DNA of 64,000 nucleotides from Phoronis australis (GCA_002633005.1 NMRA01000515.1:247680-311679), one strand, 5' to 3'. Shown: positions 11,740-25,374, counted from the stretch's first letter. The notes: generated by a model from the sequence alone, not told the origin. A program made the numbers and translations.

Positions 11740-14089
11740 GGGTACTCGACTACAATTTTGGACTGCGCGCGGAGCCCGCGGGTGCAACTGAAATCTACCA
11801 AACTCATCGCCAGTATGCTCAAAAGGTAAATTCCTTTCACCACGTTTTTCTGACTGAGTTGTTAAGCCTGAAACAAGAAGAGATATTCAGTGTTCAGTTA
11901 GAAATTAGTTCATCTTTTGCCACCAAAGTTTTGTTTTTAAAATATTGAACATATGAAACCCATTTCCCCTTGGTTTTAGATTAGAAAAAGGAACCTCCTA
12001 TAGGGTTTTTAATTCCTAAAGTGAACCCTTCTGTAGGAAATCAGTAAATCGTTAAAAGATACCATTTCGTAGAGAATTTTGTCGGGAATGGCATTTTTTT
12101 CTGCGGGAAACCGAGGAAGTGAAAAGTCATGAATGTGAAGGACGCTGATTATCAGATGGTATTGCACGGGTGTTAACATTACTTTTCAGCATAGTGTTAC
12201 TCATACGGTTAGCGTATAGGCGCATGGGTCTAATTCCGGACATGGGCGCAACTTCAAAGATGGCTGCTTGGGCCTAAATACACTCGTACTCGTTAAAACT
12301 ATTCCAATGAAAGTTACAAATTCAGTTGGAGTTATGCGTTATGATTTGTGCAACAATAATGTTGTAACATTTCCTTACTAAATTTGGCCAGTCAGTCCCT
12401 AAATGTTAGGTTCCATCAAATTGTATTACTCAAGGGTTTTGGAGCTCTTGCATTACGCCTTACTGTGAAAGCCAGCAAATATTTTTTGGTGAATCACATT
12501 ATGATACAATGTTTAGAATGTTACTATGGTATGTATGTTGTAGACTTTGTGCTTTGTTGTTAGAAACTTGTAATGAAATAAAAAATATAACGTCTTAGAC
12601 TTGACAGGACATTGACGGGAATACGTTTGTACTGGGAGAAACTGAATTTTTAAAGTAGTCTAAAAAGTTCGCTCTCAGCAGAATGCTCTCTCATGGCATC
12701 ATAAATTATCTATAAATCACACGCTGTAGTATTGCAAATCCTCCTTGAGACTCAGATTCACCGATTCGTTGCATGTATATTGCCTTTCCTGCTTATCAAA
12801 TTTATTAAGAAAGTTATTTGGTCAAAGGAGTGATTATCCAATTATTGAACGTTAAAAGGCGCAATTTTCGAAGAACAGCGCATCGAGCCAATTAGATTCA
12901 ATTTGGATCCAGCGGTGGAAAGAGGGACGGGGGACGTGAAATTGTCAATCATGACATTCTCCTCATTGTCTGAGGTGTATATTTCACTCCTGCCATTAGG
13001 TGTATGGCGCCACCGTCTGAGTTTGAGTAGTTCGGGAGCTGGTTCTTGACTAATAGTGAGAATGAGGCCCTGATGATAGCGCAATTAGGTGAAGCACTTG
13101 TCAGCTCCTCTTCTCGTCAATATCCGGTGTTATTTACACAAAGAAACCAAACTATTGTTTTAGCAATCTTGGTTACCTGTTCGCTTTAGACATCAAAGCG
13201 CCCTTGGATGCTTTGAACACCTGAACAATTAATTTAATTACAAAGTCTCGGTTCAAGGTAATTATGGTATTGCTGTTGCAGAAATTAACAAGGGGGTTTA
13301 ACTTGCGTTGACAAACAGTTTGTCCAAATAAATCACACTTTCAACGGAAACGCATGGAAGGCTTTTGAAAAGTTTCCTAAATTTCGGAATGCAGCAATTA
13401 GTCAAGGTTGGAAGAAATATGCCACGTAGGCAAGCACTAGTCCAGAAACTGAACTTCAAAATTATAAAATTAATGAAGAACATACGTGTCCGGAAATCTA
13501 TGGATTCAAATAATCATTATCAAATAGTTGACTCATGCCAATTAGTAAAGCGTTTCAACAACGAAAATGTTTAAGTTAGATTATCAACATTACCGTACCT
13601 ATGTTGTATTCGGATAGGGCAATGCACTGCACACATAGTCGATATGGCAGACTGAAACTCTGCTAAGGAAGGTACATACAGGAATATTCGGACTTTTCAT
13701 TGTGTGCGTGTGTGGGGGAAGGGNGCAGGGGAGTATGTTTAAAAAATCAGTTGTCCGAATTTCAACTTTATCAATTGACTGAAACTTCAAATTCTTAAAA
13801 ATGTTCTTGTAATAGACTTTCTATTGTTTACAACTTACACAGAAGTATCACAACGAAAATAGGAACCAAAACCAAAAAATTCACGTACTACCGTACGATT
13901 TCGAATTTTCTGGTTACTACTGACTAGCGAGACTTTTTTCAGCTTCAGTAGATGACAGTTGAAGACATGCTCCTGTGCGTCTAATGTGTGGTATCCAGGG
14001 ATGATGCTGGATAAATATCATATACCAAGATATTAACAGTAAGTTGTGAAATTTTATTGCAGAGAGAAAATATCTCTACTTAATGAGGC

Positions 14090-14560
14090 AGAAATGTGTT
14101 ATTCTTGTGGCGGTCTTCAGAACCTTGCACCGATTATCACACAAAGGTTCATGTGGGACCTCTTCCAAATTAGGGATATTTCATGTAGTTCAAGATCTGG
14201 TGATTCTTTCTGTGCATTTTGCAAGCACCACCAGATGCGGATAACTGTGATCTTCGGTGCCAAGCTCTGGAACTTTCTACCGAGGGCGCTGGATGATGTG
14301 GAGTTTTATTTAGTGGTTTCAAAATCACCCAGTCTTTGTAGATCGGCATAGACTGCACATGCAGTTGCTGTCGGAAGGTATTATACATATTACATTTCGT
14401 GTCCTCATCTGGCCCCTCCGCGTATCTCTCGGAGTTTTTATCATTCTCAGTGTTTTTTTAAATTATGGGTTTTATAATTTAAATGTCAGTGGTATTAGTC
14501 TTCTACTAGTGTTTTTCCTGTTTTCAAAAGCTCAAGTCGAATGATTTATCTGTCTATCTA
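14090..14560 (+). mobile_element. Degenerate 3' fragment of a non-LTR retrotransposon (CR1/L2/Crack-like ORF2 tail)
   Basis: Translation NLAP...DLFQIRDISCSSRS...FGAKLWNFLP resembles the C-terminal GAKLWNxLP motif of CR1/L2-group ORF2; followed by a T-rich UTR-like tail. Confidence 0.55.
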
Positions 14561-14806
14561 AGTCAAGATGTCCTTCTTCCTCGGGGTTTAGAATATGTCT
14601 CCCCAAGAAATTTTCAATATTTATGTGTGGAGGTTATAGTTTCAGAATTAGCAATAAGCACTTTGAGCGTGACATTATTAAAATGTGCAAAGTTTGCAAG
14701 ACATGCCTGTACGGTCTTCGCAGATACTTCATCGGCGGAAGCAAAATGAAGCAACAACAGCAGCGTGATGCGTGAGGAAACTTATATTGAATACAGTAAC
14801 TAGGAC

Positions 14807-14996
14807 CGGTAGCGGACCGGGGGGGGAGGTTCGATCGGAATCGGTGTTACCTGTTTTTTTAGTCCACCTATAGTTTCCTAAACAAAAGGTCTACATCCCC
14901 CGCCCCCCAAAGCTTTCGGGCCGCCACGTGCACGTACAACCGCGCTTTGCCCAATTCTCCGAGGCAACATGTTACGGTATCCTAGGTCCACCACTG
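14807..14996. mobile_element. Short MITE of the CAGTGGCGGATC-terminus type
   Basis: Right end atcctaggtccaccactg matches the reverse complement of the TIR at 30353 and 42252; left end cggtagcggaccggggggg is a degenerate partner. Confidence 0.5.
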
Positions 14997-16416
14997 TACT
15001 TACACCGGAAAATCTGACCTACACAACGGCGTATTGCAAGAATTGTCCTTCTACAAAAAATGATGGTTTTCGTTTCCAAAAGAAATATCATTTTCAGTTG
15101 TATGTGTAAAAAACTATCATAACATAATTGCCCATACTTTTGGCGTTTAATCGATATTGAATTTCTAGACACGCGCACGCGGTATTTTGCATGAAAATGC
15201 AAAGCGACCATCTGGGCCAGTTGAAAAGTCAGTAAAATCTACTTCCCTGCTTGACTGAGCAGGAATGTTTGGCACATCTACTATTCTGAATTTGTTCGTT
15301 TATCCTACACGTTATGCATGGCAACAAGTATTATCTGCCTGTCATCAACTTGTCACGGGTACGGTCATTGGGGATACGCTAGTGCATAAACCCCTCCCCA
15401 GACCAGCAGAAGGCGCAGAACACCACGACTATGTTGCCACTGAGTAAGCATCTGGTTCGACGACACACGGCAAGACTCTTGTTGTGGCTTTTGGCCATTA
15501 GCAACACGGCCCTTATATGATGCCAGCCGCGCCGCAGTCGACTATCATCGATTAAGTCTGCCAATATGAGAGGAAGTATGGTCAGTGATTCGTCGACGAG
15601 CCCAACATTAACATCAGCCTAGTATAGGAACCAGTGATTTACTGGGTTCTTAGACGAGTATAGGCAGCGGGGTTGGTTATATGTGTATGAACCAGCAACC
15701 TGCACGGCGTGGCCAGGTGCGAAAGACCACACCACAGTATGGGTGGCGTGATAGGAAGACAGCCCAGTTCAGTAGTGGCCGATGTCGCATGATATACTGG
15801 CGTGCGTTCAGTAGACGCTAGGACCTACGCTAGGACCTAGCTAAAACCTAGTTCAAGTCACGTGTTCTAATTTAAAATGCACGGCAATATCTCACGTAAT
15901 CTCGCGAAGTCTTGCTTTTTAGTGAGGTCCTCCTGAACGGGAGGCTGTACTCGTGAAATAATTGTACCCGGTCGACTTTGCACATGCGCAGATTTGACAT
16001 TATAGAACGCTGCCGAAAATAGCGTACCAGGCTAGTTAGGCTTTACTGAATTGGACAAGCCCATTACAATACTTTCTTGACAGGCATTTTTATTAAGATT
16101 TAACAACTTTCATAAAAGGTATACTGAATATCCTTTGTATTTGGTAGGAACACTGTTGACAGTAAACCCATGGTCGACAAGTTCTTTGTTCCCGGTGCGT
16201 TTAAGTTCCATGACGTCCCTTATCATGGAAAACAGTTAACGAGTCCTGCTCATTTATTATTAAATTTATAACGGTTTTCATCACTGTTAATTTCATAATG
16301 GAACTAGAGCTAAGTGGTTGTTATTTTTAACGTATTTAGTAGGGCTACGAATGATATTGGTCAACAGGCCTACTGACTGAATATTCTCAGCACATTCCCG
16401 AATAAACAGAAACTAA

Positions 16417-16517
16417 AGTGACCTCAAGTACACGCAAAAAGGCACTAGCAACCTTTTTTTAGTGTTATTTCAAAGAAAACCTTGCGTCGTGTGACGTCAG
16501 GGTACTTGAGGTACACT
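16417..16517. repeat. Small inverted-repeat element
   Basis: agtgacctcaagtac ... gtacttgaggtacact. Confidence 0.6.
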
Positions 16518-19196
16518 ATATTCCGGGTGCATGCGCAACGGAAGGTTTCCAGACTTAATTTCCAACAGAAGCTATGGCAATAGGTATTTTTTCGTGTGAC
16601 TCCACTCTAGATGCTAGATGCTATCATGACGTTACCGCCTGTCGTACTTTTACCCTAATCTTATACAAATAACTATAGATGTTTAATTATTTGACCACCG
16701 TTGTCTGCAAATGGGGGCCTCGCATTTTCCCGACCTGTGACTTGTTACATTGAACTCGGTATTTGTGTATTGTTCACTAAAAGCTACACCGGGAAGCTTA
16801 AGATCAAAAGGTTAGATCTGTAAAGTAATTGTGCATAAACATTTACCCACTTTGCTACTCACAACAGTTAATAGTTCATCAATTGATACAATCAAAAACA
16901 TAACAAAACAAAAATCTTAATGACTCCACTTACATCATTACGCGCCAATATAGGCTAATTTGGCTTGAGACTAGTCAAGTGATGCGCTTTTCAGCAATTG
17001 AGCGAGACGCATATTTATGAACTAAGGTTCTGTCTGTGCCGGCGGGGAGTGGCGCGCTTATAATATGATAACAAATGGGGAGGTACTGAAGACCCAATCT
17101 ACTGAATGTGAAAATGTGGAGAATACTACAGATTAGGCGTGAAAAATAATGAAAGGCTTGTTTAATAGGATAAATTTCTCTGAGATTTTGCAGGTTAAAT
17201 AATGAGCGTGGCGCCTACTTGACAATACATTCCACGAACGTGTTGGCAAATTAGTTAGCTGTGTTCAAAACTATTTACTAAGAATGAAAATTGTTAGAAA
17301 TTAAGATAATGGATAATTTGAAACGAGATTTCAACCTCAAAATGACGTATTTTGGTGAAAACGATCCAGATCGGTTCAGGTTCTTTGGACGAACCTGAGT
17401 CAGTGATCAAACATTGAATGTCCCCGCAAGTAAGTAAATAATTACAAATTATGAAATCACTTTTCTGACTTTCTTTGGCATGTCTTTCAATTGCTTTATG
17501 GATATATTAATGTTAGAGTGAAATTAAAAATATGTGAATAAGTAATATAAAGTAACTGAAGTTAAGTTCTAGTCTTAGCGCTGTAACAGAGTTTTGATCA
17601 ACCGTATAATCTTGATGCTATTATGTAAATTCGAAAGGGAAGTAGATTTTTTTTATTAAAAGTGGCCCTATGATAGAGCTTTTTATCAAAAATAAGGTGA
17701 TAACGCGCTTTAAAATATAAATTTTCGGGTATGGACGGGTTTTGCTGCTCTGAGTGTGGTCCTTTGATAAACAAAAGGTGGGAACTAAAAGCTTATCAGG
17801 TCGCCGGATAACATGGGATCCTGTTTTACGCAATATTAGTGGACGATGTACTCGAAGCAGTTACCGGGTTGGCATTTGATTTATGCAGAGCAGGTGAACG
17901 TTGCATAAAGCCGTCATTTAATAGGACGAATTGTTAATTAATCAAAGGATAAATTGAAATTTAATCAGGACTTACGTTCTGTAGCTCCTGTTTGTAAATT
18001 GTTAGGTTGGCGCGCACTCCGTTTCTTCTAATGTACATGCACAGGCAAAAAGTGTTAATATGAAATTCACAATAGTCTTAAGATTTTGAGAAAACACAAT
18101 GATGACAAGCGACACTAATCAACTGCTGAACTACTTGAAGCAAAAAATTAAGAATTAGACGTGTTATCAACGAAAGAGCAATAATACGAATTACTTCGAT
18201 GAAAGCAATCGACAATACCACAAGAAAACGTTTCGGAAATATAACGAAAAAAAAACACAGCAAGATGCTTGTTTCCTTTCGGGTCTACAAAATCGAAATC
18301 ACCGCGAACGGTGGTTGCAGGGGTATCATAGCGATTTCGTTCTTCGAACACACACACAACAAGCTGTAAGTGTGCAAGAGGCGAGGAAGTCAGGCTTCAT
18401 TGATAGAAATTTTGATAAGGTAAAGAAATAAGTTCAGCTATTCATATTCTTGTATGTCCTTATAACGCCACTAACTGTTCTAACCATAGACATCACATAC
18501 ATCGGGCGCGTGGGATTCGGATAAATGGAGCTCGCGTTGTCAATATGACGCCATATTGGAAAGTGTGACACAGGACAAAAATGGAAAACACTGAGACCTA
18601 CGGCATCAGTCAGGAAATACTGGGGCTCGCAGTGTTATGCCTGCAGCCAAAGAGTTAAGTTTTTGGTCCTGCCATTGAGTCATGGCTTATTTGGTTCGCG
18701 AATTAGTTTAGTGGTGCTACCACTAGGTTTTATAGGTTCTGCTACCATAGTTTAAGCAGTGCGACCATGCGTTGTTTCCACCTCAGTTTTGTTGACTGAG
18801 ACCATATAAGAGCAAATAAAAAATATTGACCAGTACATGCTGTTATCCTATGATGATGCTGTTTTTTTAATTGTACTTAAATAAATATGTCGTATTAATG
18901 ACAATCACGTGTTTTCATTTGTACTGAAAAACAATATCTACACGCTCGAACTTACCCGCCAGCCATCCAGTGCATCTATGTGAATTACATGTTATCTATT
19001 GAAATATCTACTGCTTTAAAAACTAATTTCTTAATATATATTCCAAAATCAGATATTTTTCTGTTATATCAAAAAAAAAACAAATCCACAATCTATACTT
19101 ATGTCGAAGTTGACATTGAAATTCTGAAGATTTGCACTGCTTGCTTACGAGCTCTTTGTTTTGTGACTGAAATATACGCAAAAAAAGTGTATGGTA

Positions 19197-19365
19197 ACCA
19201 AACTATCAAATCTGTACGACTGAATTTCGTACACGACCTATACCCAAAATGTAAAATTTCCCACTCGAAACCGAGCTATCAAACCTGTACGACTGAACTG
19301 CGCACATGACATATCCAAAATACAAAACTTCCCACCCGAAACCGAACGGAAATATACCCAACCAA
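19197..19365. repeat. Diverged ~72-bp tandem repeat (two-plus copies)
   Basis: aacc..ctatcaaa.ctgtacgactgaa...ccaaaat..aaaa.ttcccac.cga repeated. Confidence 0.75.
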
Positions 19366-19733
19366 GCCAGTGTAACATGAAATAATAATAATTTAATGGG
19401 AAAAATTTTCAACCGATGAAAATATAACCCCATGTCCGTGAAAACTTGCCCCGTCATTATTCAATGGTTCCTCCGCAACAGGGGGCTGGGATAAGAAGAC
19501 ATGATACCCGCAATAGGGAATTTTTGAACAATATTCGATACTCGGATGTTTATGTCTGGGGGTGACCTGAATGGCGTGCGACAAGGGAAATGCACATGCC
19601 TTGCTTTTTCAGTATATGCTGCAATTAGGCAGAGAAAGTACTGAAATGCGTGCAGGTCAGGAATATGATGTTGGAGCTGGGCTTGTCTGGATATTATAAT
19701 GACTTTCTGAAACATGTTTGAGGTGGTGGCGTG

Positions 19734-20060
19734 TTACAACTATTATTAAAATCTCTTAGTCTGTTTACACCGACCTCTTGTCTGTTTACATTGTCAGGTC
19801 GTGGATGACTCCGCGATGTAGTGGTTAAGGTGCTGGAATCAAAAGTAGTTTCAGAATTCGTGGGTTCAAATCCTTCCTCGAACAATTTATAATCAAAAAA
19901 TCACACCATGATGAATGTACCAAATATCCGTGCTCGTTCTTCTAAGAACGCAGGACCACCTGACGATGGCCGGAGAATAGACCGACCGAAACGTCGTGAC
20001 AATGTAAATAGACAAAGAGGTCGGTGTAAATAGACCAAGAGATGTTTAAAATACTTGTAA
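19734..20060 (+). mobile_element. tRNA-headed SINE-like element with Penelope-type hammerhead motif and ~63-bp inverted arms
   Basis: A box tgtagtggttaagg (19817-19830), B box ggttcaaatcc (19863-19873), hammerhead core at 19957-19998, inverted arms 19734-19796 / 19997-20060. Confidence 0.65.
19957..19998 (+). ncRNA. Minimal type-I hammerhead ribozyme motif (Penelope-like)
   Basis: cac-CTGACGA-t-ggccgg(agaataga)ccgacc-GAAA-cgTC^-gtg: conserved core boxes, stem II with one mismatch, palindromic ACGT stem III, 3-bp stem I. Predicted cleavage after 19995. Activity untested. Confidence 0.6.
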
Positions 20061-22880
20061 TGGATATTATGTCCGTGACTGAGAAGCGAAAACAATATTT
20101 TTTTCGAACAGTACTTTGTTCAGTTGCCCAAATCGGCAAATGGCCATTTTTACACTGTTCGTGCCAGGATATAATATCTGATTATTTGGATGAAGATTAG
20201 TCCCAAAATACTTGGCCACATGTTAAGAATCTTCCGATCGCAGCCAACTTTTTTGTTATCAAAGTGAATCCGTGAGAGGGTCAAGCGTGCGTGAGAGAAT
20301 AATTTTAAATTTCTCGTTTGAGCGACGCGCAGTACGGGGTATATTAGGCCGATGAAGGAAAGGAACGGTTTGAAATAATGTGTGGTATCGAAGCTGATCT
20401 CTTTGTGAGCTAATAATTACACGATGTGGGGATACTACAACCCGCCAAAAGTGCCTGGAGCTTTATCAGGGGACTTCAAATCCGTGAGAGAGGAATAGGA
20501 TGCGAGAGAGAAGAATATTTATACGCTGACAATCCAAGCGACACACAGGAAAGGTCTTGTTAACCATAAAAACCTGTCATTTATTTAAATGACTCCATGG
20601 GGTCATTTTTTCACAATAGTTCACATTAAATTTAAACCCCATTAAAAAGCGACCCGGGTCATATTTTAATTTAAAAGTTACTCGGGAAAATGAGCTGTGG
20701 GTCATTTTTCGTAGGGACGTAATTTATTACTACACAAGCGTATACCTGGGGCGAAAGTACCGTACCACCCGAGTGAGCGGCACGTCCCTGTATACTACTG
20801 GATATACTGTATTTGCTTCGAGCGACACGAACCAAATGATGAAGTGTGCGCGATCTTACTATTTTCTCGTTAAAAACTAAATCGCTCGCTATGGATTGAC
20901 AAGCGTGCAGCCGCACAGGCCACTCGGGCATAGGCTGCCACTGGTTACGATCGACTGATTCACTCTAAAAAACGCATTTAAGTGCTATATCACATGTTTT
21001 TATGTTTCTGAAAAAGTCACACTCTTCTGGGTATTTATGCGTTAGAAAATTCGCATTTTGAAAAGGTCAATTTGTCCCGTTTGTTTACACGGCGAGTAAC
21101 CGTGTCACGTGACTAGAAACACTTTCCAATATGGCGTCAAGTTGTCAGCTGCAGTTAGCTCGTGCGCCCGGTCTATAGTATAAGATGTCTATGGTTCTGA
21201 CGGACCGCAATCAGATGTAACAAGTATTTATTCAAGTGTCATCACGCCGGATAACTAATATATCAATGCCATCAGGTATAATAACAAACATTTTATCCCA
21301 CAGTCACATGGGTGCCCGATCAAAGGCAAAACTTTACCTTTGTTAATAACGTTACCAGTTAATCGCCCATGCTTCGTTCTAATAATATCAAATTACAATA
21401 TTAAACGGTGTCTAGCAAAATATCAGCGATGTTATCCGTGAATAATGTTAACGACTTCTTAATGACTACGGTGACGAATATTAACTGTGCAAGTTACAGT
21501 ACCTCGCTGTGCCAGTGTTTGCAGGAACAAAAACACATGAATCATTACATAATCTACGTTTTTTTGTTACAAAGAACTGTCTCCTACGGGAAAAAAATTG
21601 GACAATTGGACGCATGTTTTTATAACAGTGAGACAAATTTCAATGGTCTGTGCATGTTCACATCAACTTAGCTTGTTATCTGCTGTCACGGAGGAAAACG
21701 ACAATAACCTAGCCTGAAAGTTTATTTTTCTGTCAACTTTCACCAATCTAGAGATTTCTTAGTACCAATTGTCCACTAACGATTTATGATTTTGAAGACC
21801 TTCTCATACCACAAAATACAAAATGAAGACGAATTGGAATTCTCACTGCGTCCCAAACAAAATGTTTCTTAGGAAACTGATAAATTCCAGCAGCTATGTT
21901 GCACTGGTGGCTTGTCCGATTTGAAATGTCTTTTCTCCAGTCACTTACAGTAAAAGTTGTGGATGCCACTGAATAGTTTATTAGCCAATCCAATGCTACT
22001 CAAATAGTTGGAAGTTGTTTGGCAAACACAGTCAGGATGCATACAAACAAACAGGTCAATACAGCCGAATGACACCTTGATGAGCTAATCATCTACCTGT
22101 CTTCCACCTGCTCTGGTACACCGTTTGAACGGCTATACATTAATGACAGAATTAGCTGTCCTGTTCATACGAATAATGCATTTCATTCTTTTATTTAATT
22201 AGGTTTATGATCATATTTCCCCAATTGCCTTTTACAATATCACACGCACTTGTAACGAGGAGTAACGCGTAGGCCTACTAGCTTTTTGGCAAAGGTTTCA
22301 AGTGAGGTCAGCATCACTATTTCAGTCCCGTTCAGCATTGTTTGCTTTTAAATCATTACCATATAAAGAGTTAGTGTAGATGACAATAGGTAAAATGTTG
22401 AACTCGTACTGAACTCTGCAGCCTAAGCTATTCGTTTTGGTACTTGAGAGAAAGAGAGTGCTTGACAACAAAAATGTATACATGTATAGTGAAGAAAGGG
22501 TATCTGGAAGATGTTATTGAATGAGTTTATAGGCAGGGTTTAGCATACTTTCTGGATTAAACTAAGACGAAGAAATGGTCGCGTAGACTGTCAAATGCTC
22601 ATCTATAGTTTAGTTTGATCCATGTAAGTGGGCGATTTACGGGATTTAGGCGATATTGCCTTTTGATCCATGTATAAACAGGCTCGCAATTAAGCAATTG
22701 CTTGTCTCCCGAGATAATGACCATTTGTAGATGGGTGGGATTGAGTTATTGTCGTCCTTCAGAAATTATTGAAGATCATGGCAAATTTGATCCAAATCTC
22801 CTTAATACCTTTGCCTGATTTCATTTGTGAGAGGATTTAGTTAACGCCTAAGCTTTTTATTGAGGAGACGGTCTTTGTAT

Positions 22881-23168
22881 GGCCACGTGCTTTAGGGACC
22901 GTGGCACGCGTGCAGGGGACTACACTAGATCTGACTGAAAAATGCTAACGACTACTTGAACGTAATTATCTTTTAAAGACGTGTCACCAATTTACTGGTG
23001 GCTAATACCCATACGGAATAATAATAGTGCTCAAGCCTTGACTCGAAATATTGGATAATTTTGTCGCTCTGGTTCAGGGCCTATAATTATGAATGGACCA
23101 CAGGTGAAATCGGCCAAGCTGCTATTGCATAGCGTGCGTAAAACACCAGAATTATTTTTTGGCAGGTG
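22881..23168. promoter_or_regulatory. Candidate bHLH site cluster 3' of neurogenin
   Basis: GGCCACGTGC (22881-22890), TGGCACGCG (22902-22910), CAGGTG (23101-23106) and GCAGGTG (23162-23168). Confidence 0.35.
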
Positions 23169-24167
23169 ATCGTTTTCATACCGAAACCAGCGTGTATAGG
23201 ACTAACAAATAAAATGTAATCTGTTATTCATTTATAGAATTATGATTAAACCGTCATTATGTTTCCGTAATTCTCTGTGAGGCGCAAAAATTCAGGATAT
23301 TTTGGTTGAGTCTAATGGTGAAACAAGGACGGTATTGGTACGATTTTTCAAGCAAAGATGTGCACTTTAAAAGCAACAATCTATAACATTAAGTAGCATG
23401 CTATTTTTATTTAAGCCAATTTAGAGAGCAGCGTTTGTAAATAAAGGACACAAACGCGCCAACTCTACCTTAGGTTATAATGATTATTATTGACATTTTA
23501 TGAATTGTACTGCAAAGTATTAGCTCACTAATGTATTAACATTAATTTTCAGTAGATACAAAAATAAGAACAATATAAATGAATCACAGAGCAGTTTTTA
23601 AAGAAAACGTCGACTGAAAAAAATGCATTGAAGTTTTGTGTTGACTGGTGAGTTACATTCTGAAATTTTGCCTGTTTTCGAAATGCCTTGTATAGTTTTA
23701 GTGATGCGATACAGTTGAGGATCAATGTTTGCGTTCATTTTGCCACAGTTGTAAGTAATTGGTCTTCGCTCAGTGTGATATTGAAACGCCTATTTGAAAA
23801 AAATGCGATAAGCGTTTTATTTTCTTTACTATTAGTTGTTGACTTGATTTAGTCTGTTTTTTAGCAGTGAAAACCATTAGTTAAGACGATGAACGCCAAC
23901 CGCTATTGAACATTGTGCGCTAATACCTGAAGCCATGTCTCTGGTTACTGCGAGATATTGTATGACAAAATCAAATCAAATATACTTAGACGGATTATTA
24001 ACGATAGCAAACTCATTTATTGCTTGAACAAACATTATCAACAAGCTGATTGGAGATGTCACAATAGATTGCACATGATACAAATGCTAATTTGCATAAT
24101 TTCCTCGAACATTAGGATTAAACAAAGACGTATAAATTAGTTGAGAAGTCAAACGCACAATAAGACG

Positions 24168-24173
24168 TTTATT
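24168..24173 (-). terminator. Putative polyadenylation signal of neurogenin copy A
   Basis: AATAAA on - about 420 nt past the stop, followed by GT-rich ttgtgcgttt; a second AATAAA at 24016-24021. Confidence 0.5.
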
Positions 24174-24591
24174 GCAATGGAACATTGGTGCAGGTATAGA
24201 ACCGATGTGAACACATTCGCTTCACGCTGCTATAGGCAAGTAACGTTCAATAATACGGATGTTGGTCAATATCTTAATGTTCTTAACTTAATACACAGGT
24301 TCGAAAGTCCTATAGTTTCAACACTGTATTTCAACATTTAAACATGTACTATAACGTATGTGTATTAGACCTACAAGTACATCAATCGTGCACTAATACT
24401 GTCACAAGAAACTAATACAAAATTTGAAACACAAGCGGGAAGTTCCCCTTAAAAATACAACAAAAAAAACACGTTAACTGCGCAACCCGCAATTAGCAAT
24501 ATCAGGAATGTCGATTAGTACCCCATTGGCATTATCTGTATAAATGTAGAGGTTTATAAAAATAAATTAACCATAAACTGTCGTTAACACG

Positions 24592-25311
24592 TTAAAGCAC
24601 TTTCATCTCATATACGTCTCTCAACCCGTAACTGCGTGGCGGCAACGACGCTTGGTGTAACCATTCGGGAGAGGTGGGTGAACCAAACTCGATGGAAGAT
24701 GTCTGAAAGGAAGCCGGAGACACGACACTGTAGTCACTGTCGCTGAAGTAACTTGAGGCGGGCGAGCAGGCGCTGGTATTGTCATGCAATAACTGGTTGC
24801 AATGGTCACGGAAACCATTGCAGTTGTTTGTCATTTGATTGTCAGGGCACGGATTGATGGAATGATGAATTTTGTTGCTTAAAGTAGTCGTAAGCGATGA
24901 GTCACACGGCACATTGTCGTCTGCTTTTGATTTTTGCTGCATGTCACACATTTTCAAAGTTTGTGTCAAAGCGAATATATAGTTGTAAGCGAACCTGAGA
25001 GTTTCGATTTTTGTTAGTTTCGTATCGTCTCCTCCTTGTGTTGGTAATTTGCGACGTAGAGTTTCCAAGTGTTCATTGAGACCATGCATACGATTTCTCT
25101 CCCGGTCATTGGCCTTTGATCGTCTTTGTTTCTTCAACTTTTGAACTAATTCTGGGCTGCGTTGCTTTAATCGTGATTTACTCTGACGCTTTTTCGTGGA
25201 AGAGTCTCTTTTTCTTTCCGCTTCAACTGCCTTCTGTTCCACTGCCAAACTGTAAACGATAGTTCCACTTTCAACATTCCCAAGACCCTTTGGTAGAATT
25301 GTCACGGGCAT
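24592..25311 (-). CDS. ngn: Neurogenin (atonal-superfamily proneural bHLH), copy A, single coding exon, 239 aa
   Basis: [29 protein letters not shown]...[18 protein letters not shown] is the neurogenin bHLH signature; followed by an S/P-rich C-terminus (SPASS, SPASF, SPTSP). Confidence 0.95.
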   Translation of the reverse strand: MPVTILPKGLGNVESGTIVYSLAVEQKAVEAERKRDSSTKKRQSKSRLKQRSPELVQKLKKQRRSKANDRERNRMHGLNEHLETLRRKLPTQGGDDTKLTKIETLRFAYNYIFALTQTLKMCDMQQKSKADDNVPCDSSLTTTLSNKIHHSINPCPDNQMTNNCNGFRDHCNQLLHDNTSACSPASSYFSDSDYSVVSPASFQTSSIEFGSPTSPEWLHQASLPPRSYGLRDVYEMKVL

Positions 25312-25374
25312 AATTCTACGAATAGCTCAATTTATTGCTTGCGAACTAATGCTTCTATTGTACTTTTCGCGGTG

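Larger units (their letters stand above)
18485..21193. mobile_element. Non-autonomous TIR DNA transposon with CATAGAC termini and 8-bp TSD (P-element-like)
   Basis: Left catagacatc...gggcgcg...tgacgccatattggaaagtgt is mirrored by acactttccaatatggcgtca...gcgcccg...gatgtctatg at the right end. Flanks gttctaac / gttctgac give an 8-bp TSD with one mismatch. No transposase ORF. Confidence 0.75.

Noticed and set aside
11328-11843. 171-aa and 117-aa overlapping ORFs
   Set aside because: They span a TSD-flanked MITE and show no recognisable domain.
15351-16035. Possible solo LTR starting TGTCACG (also at 56092)
   Set aside because: No matching ...CA end with a target-site duplication could be found.
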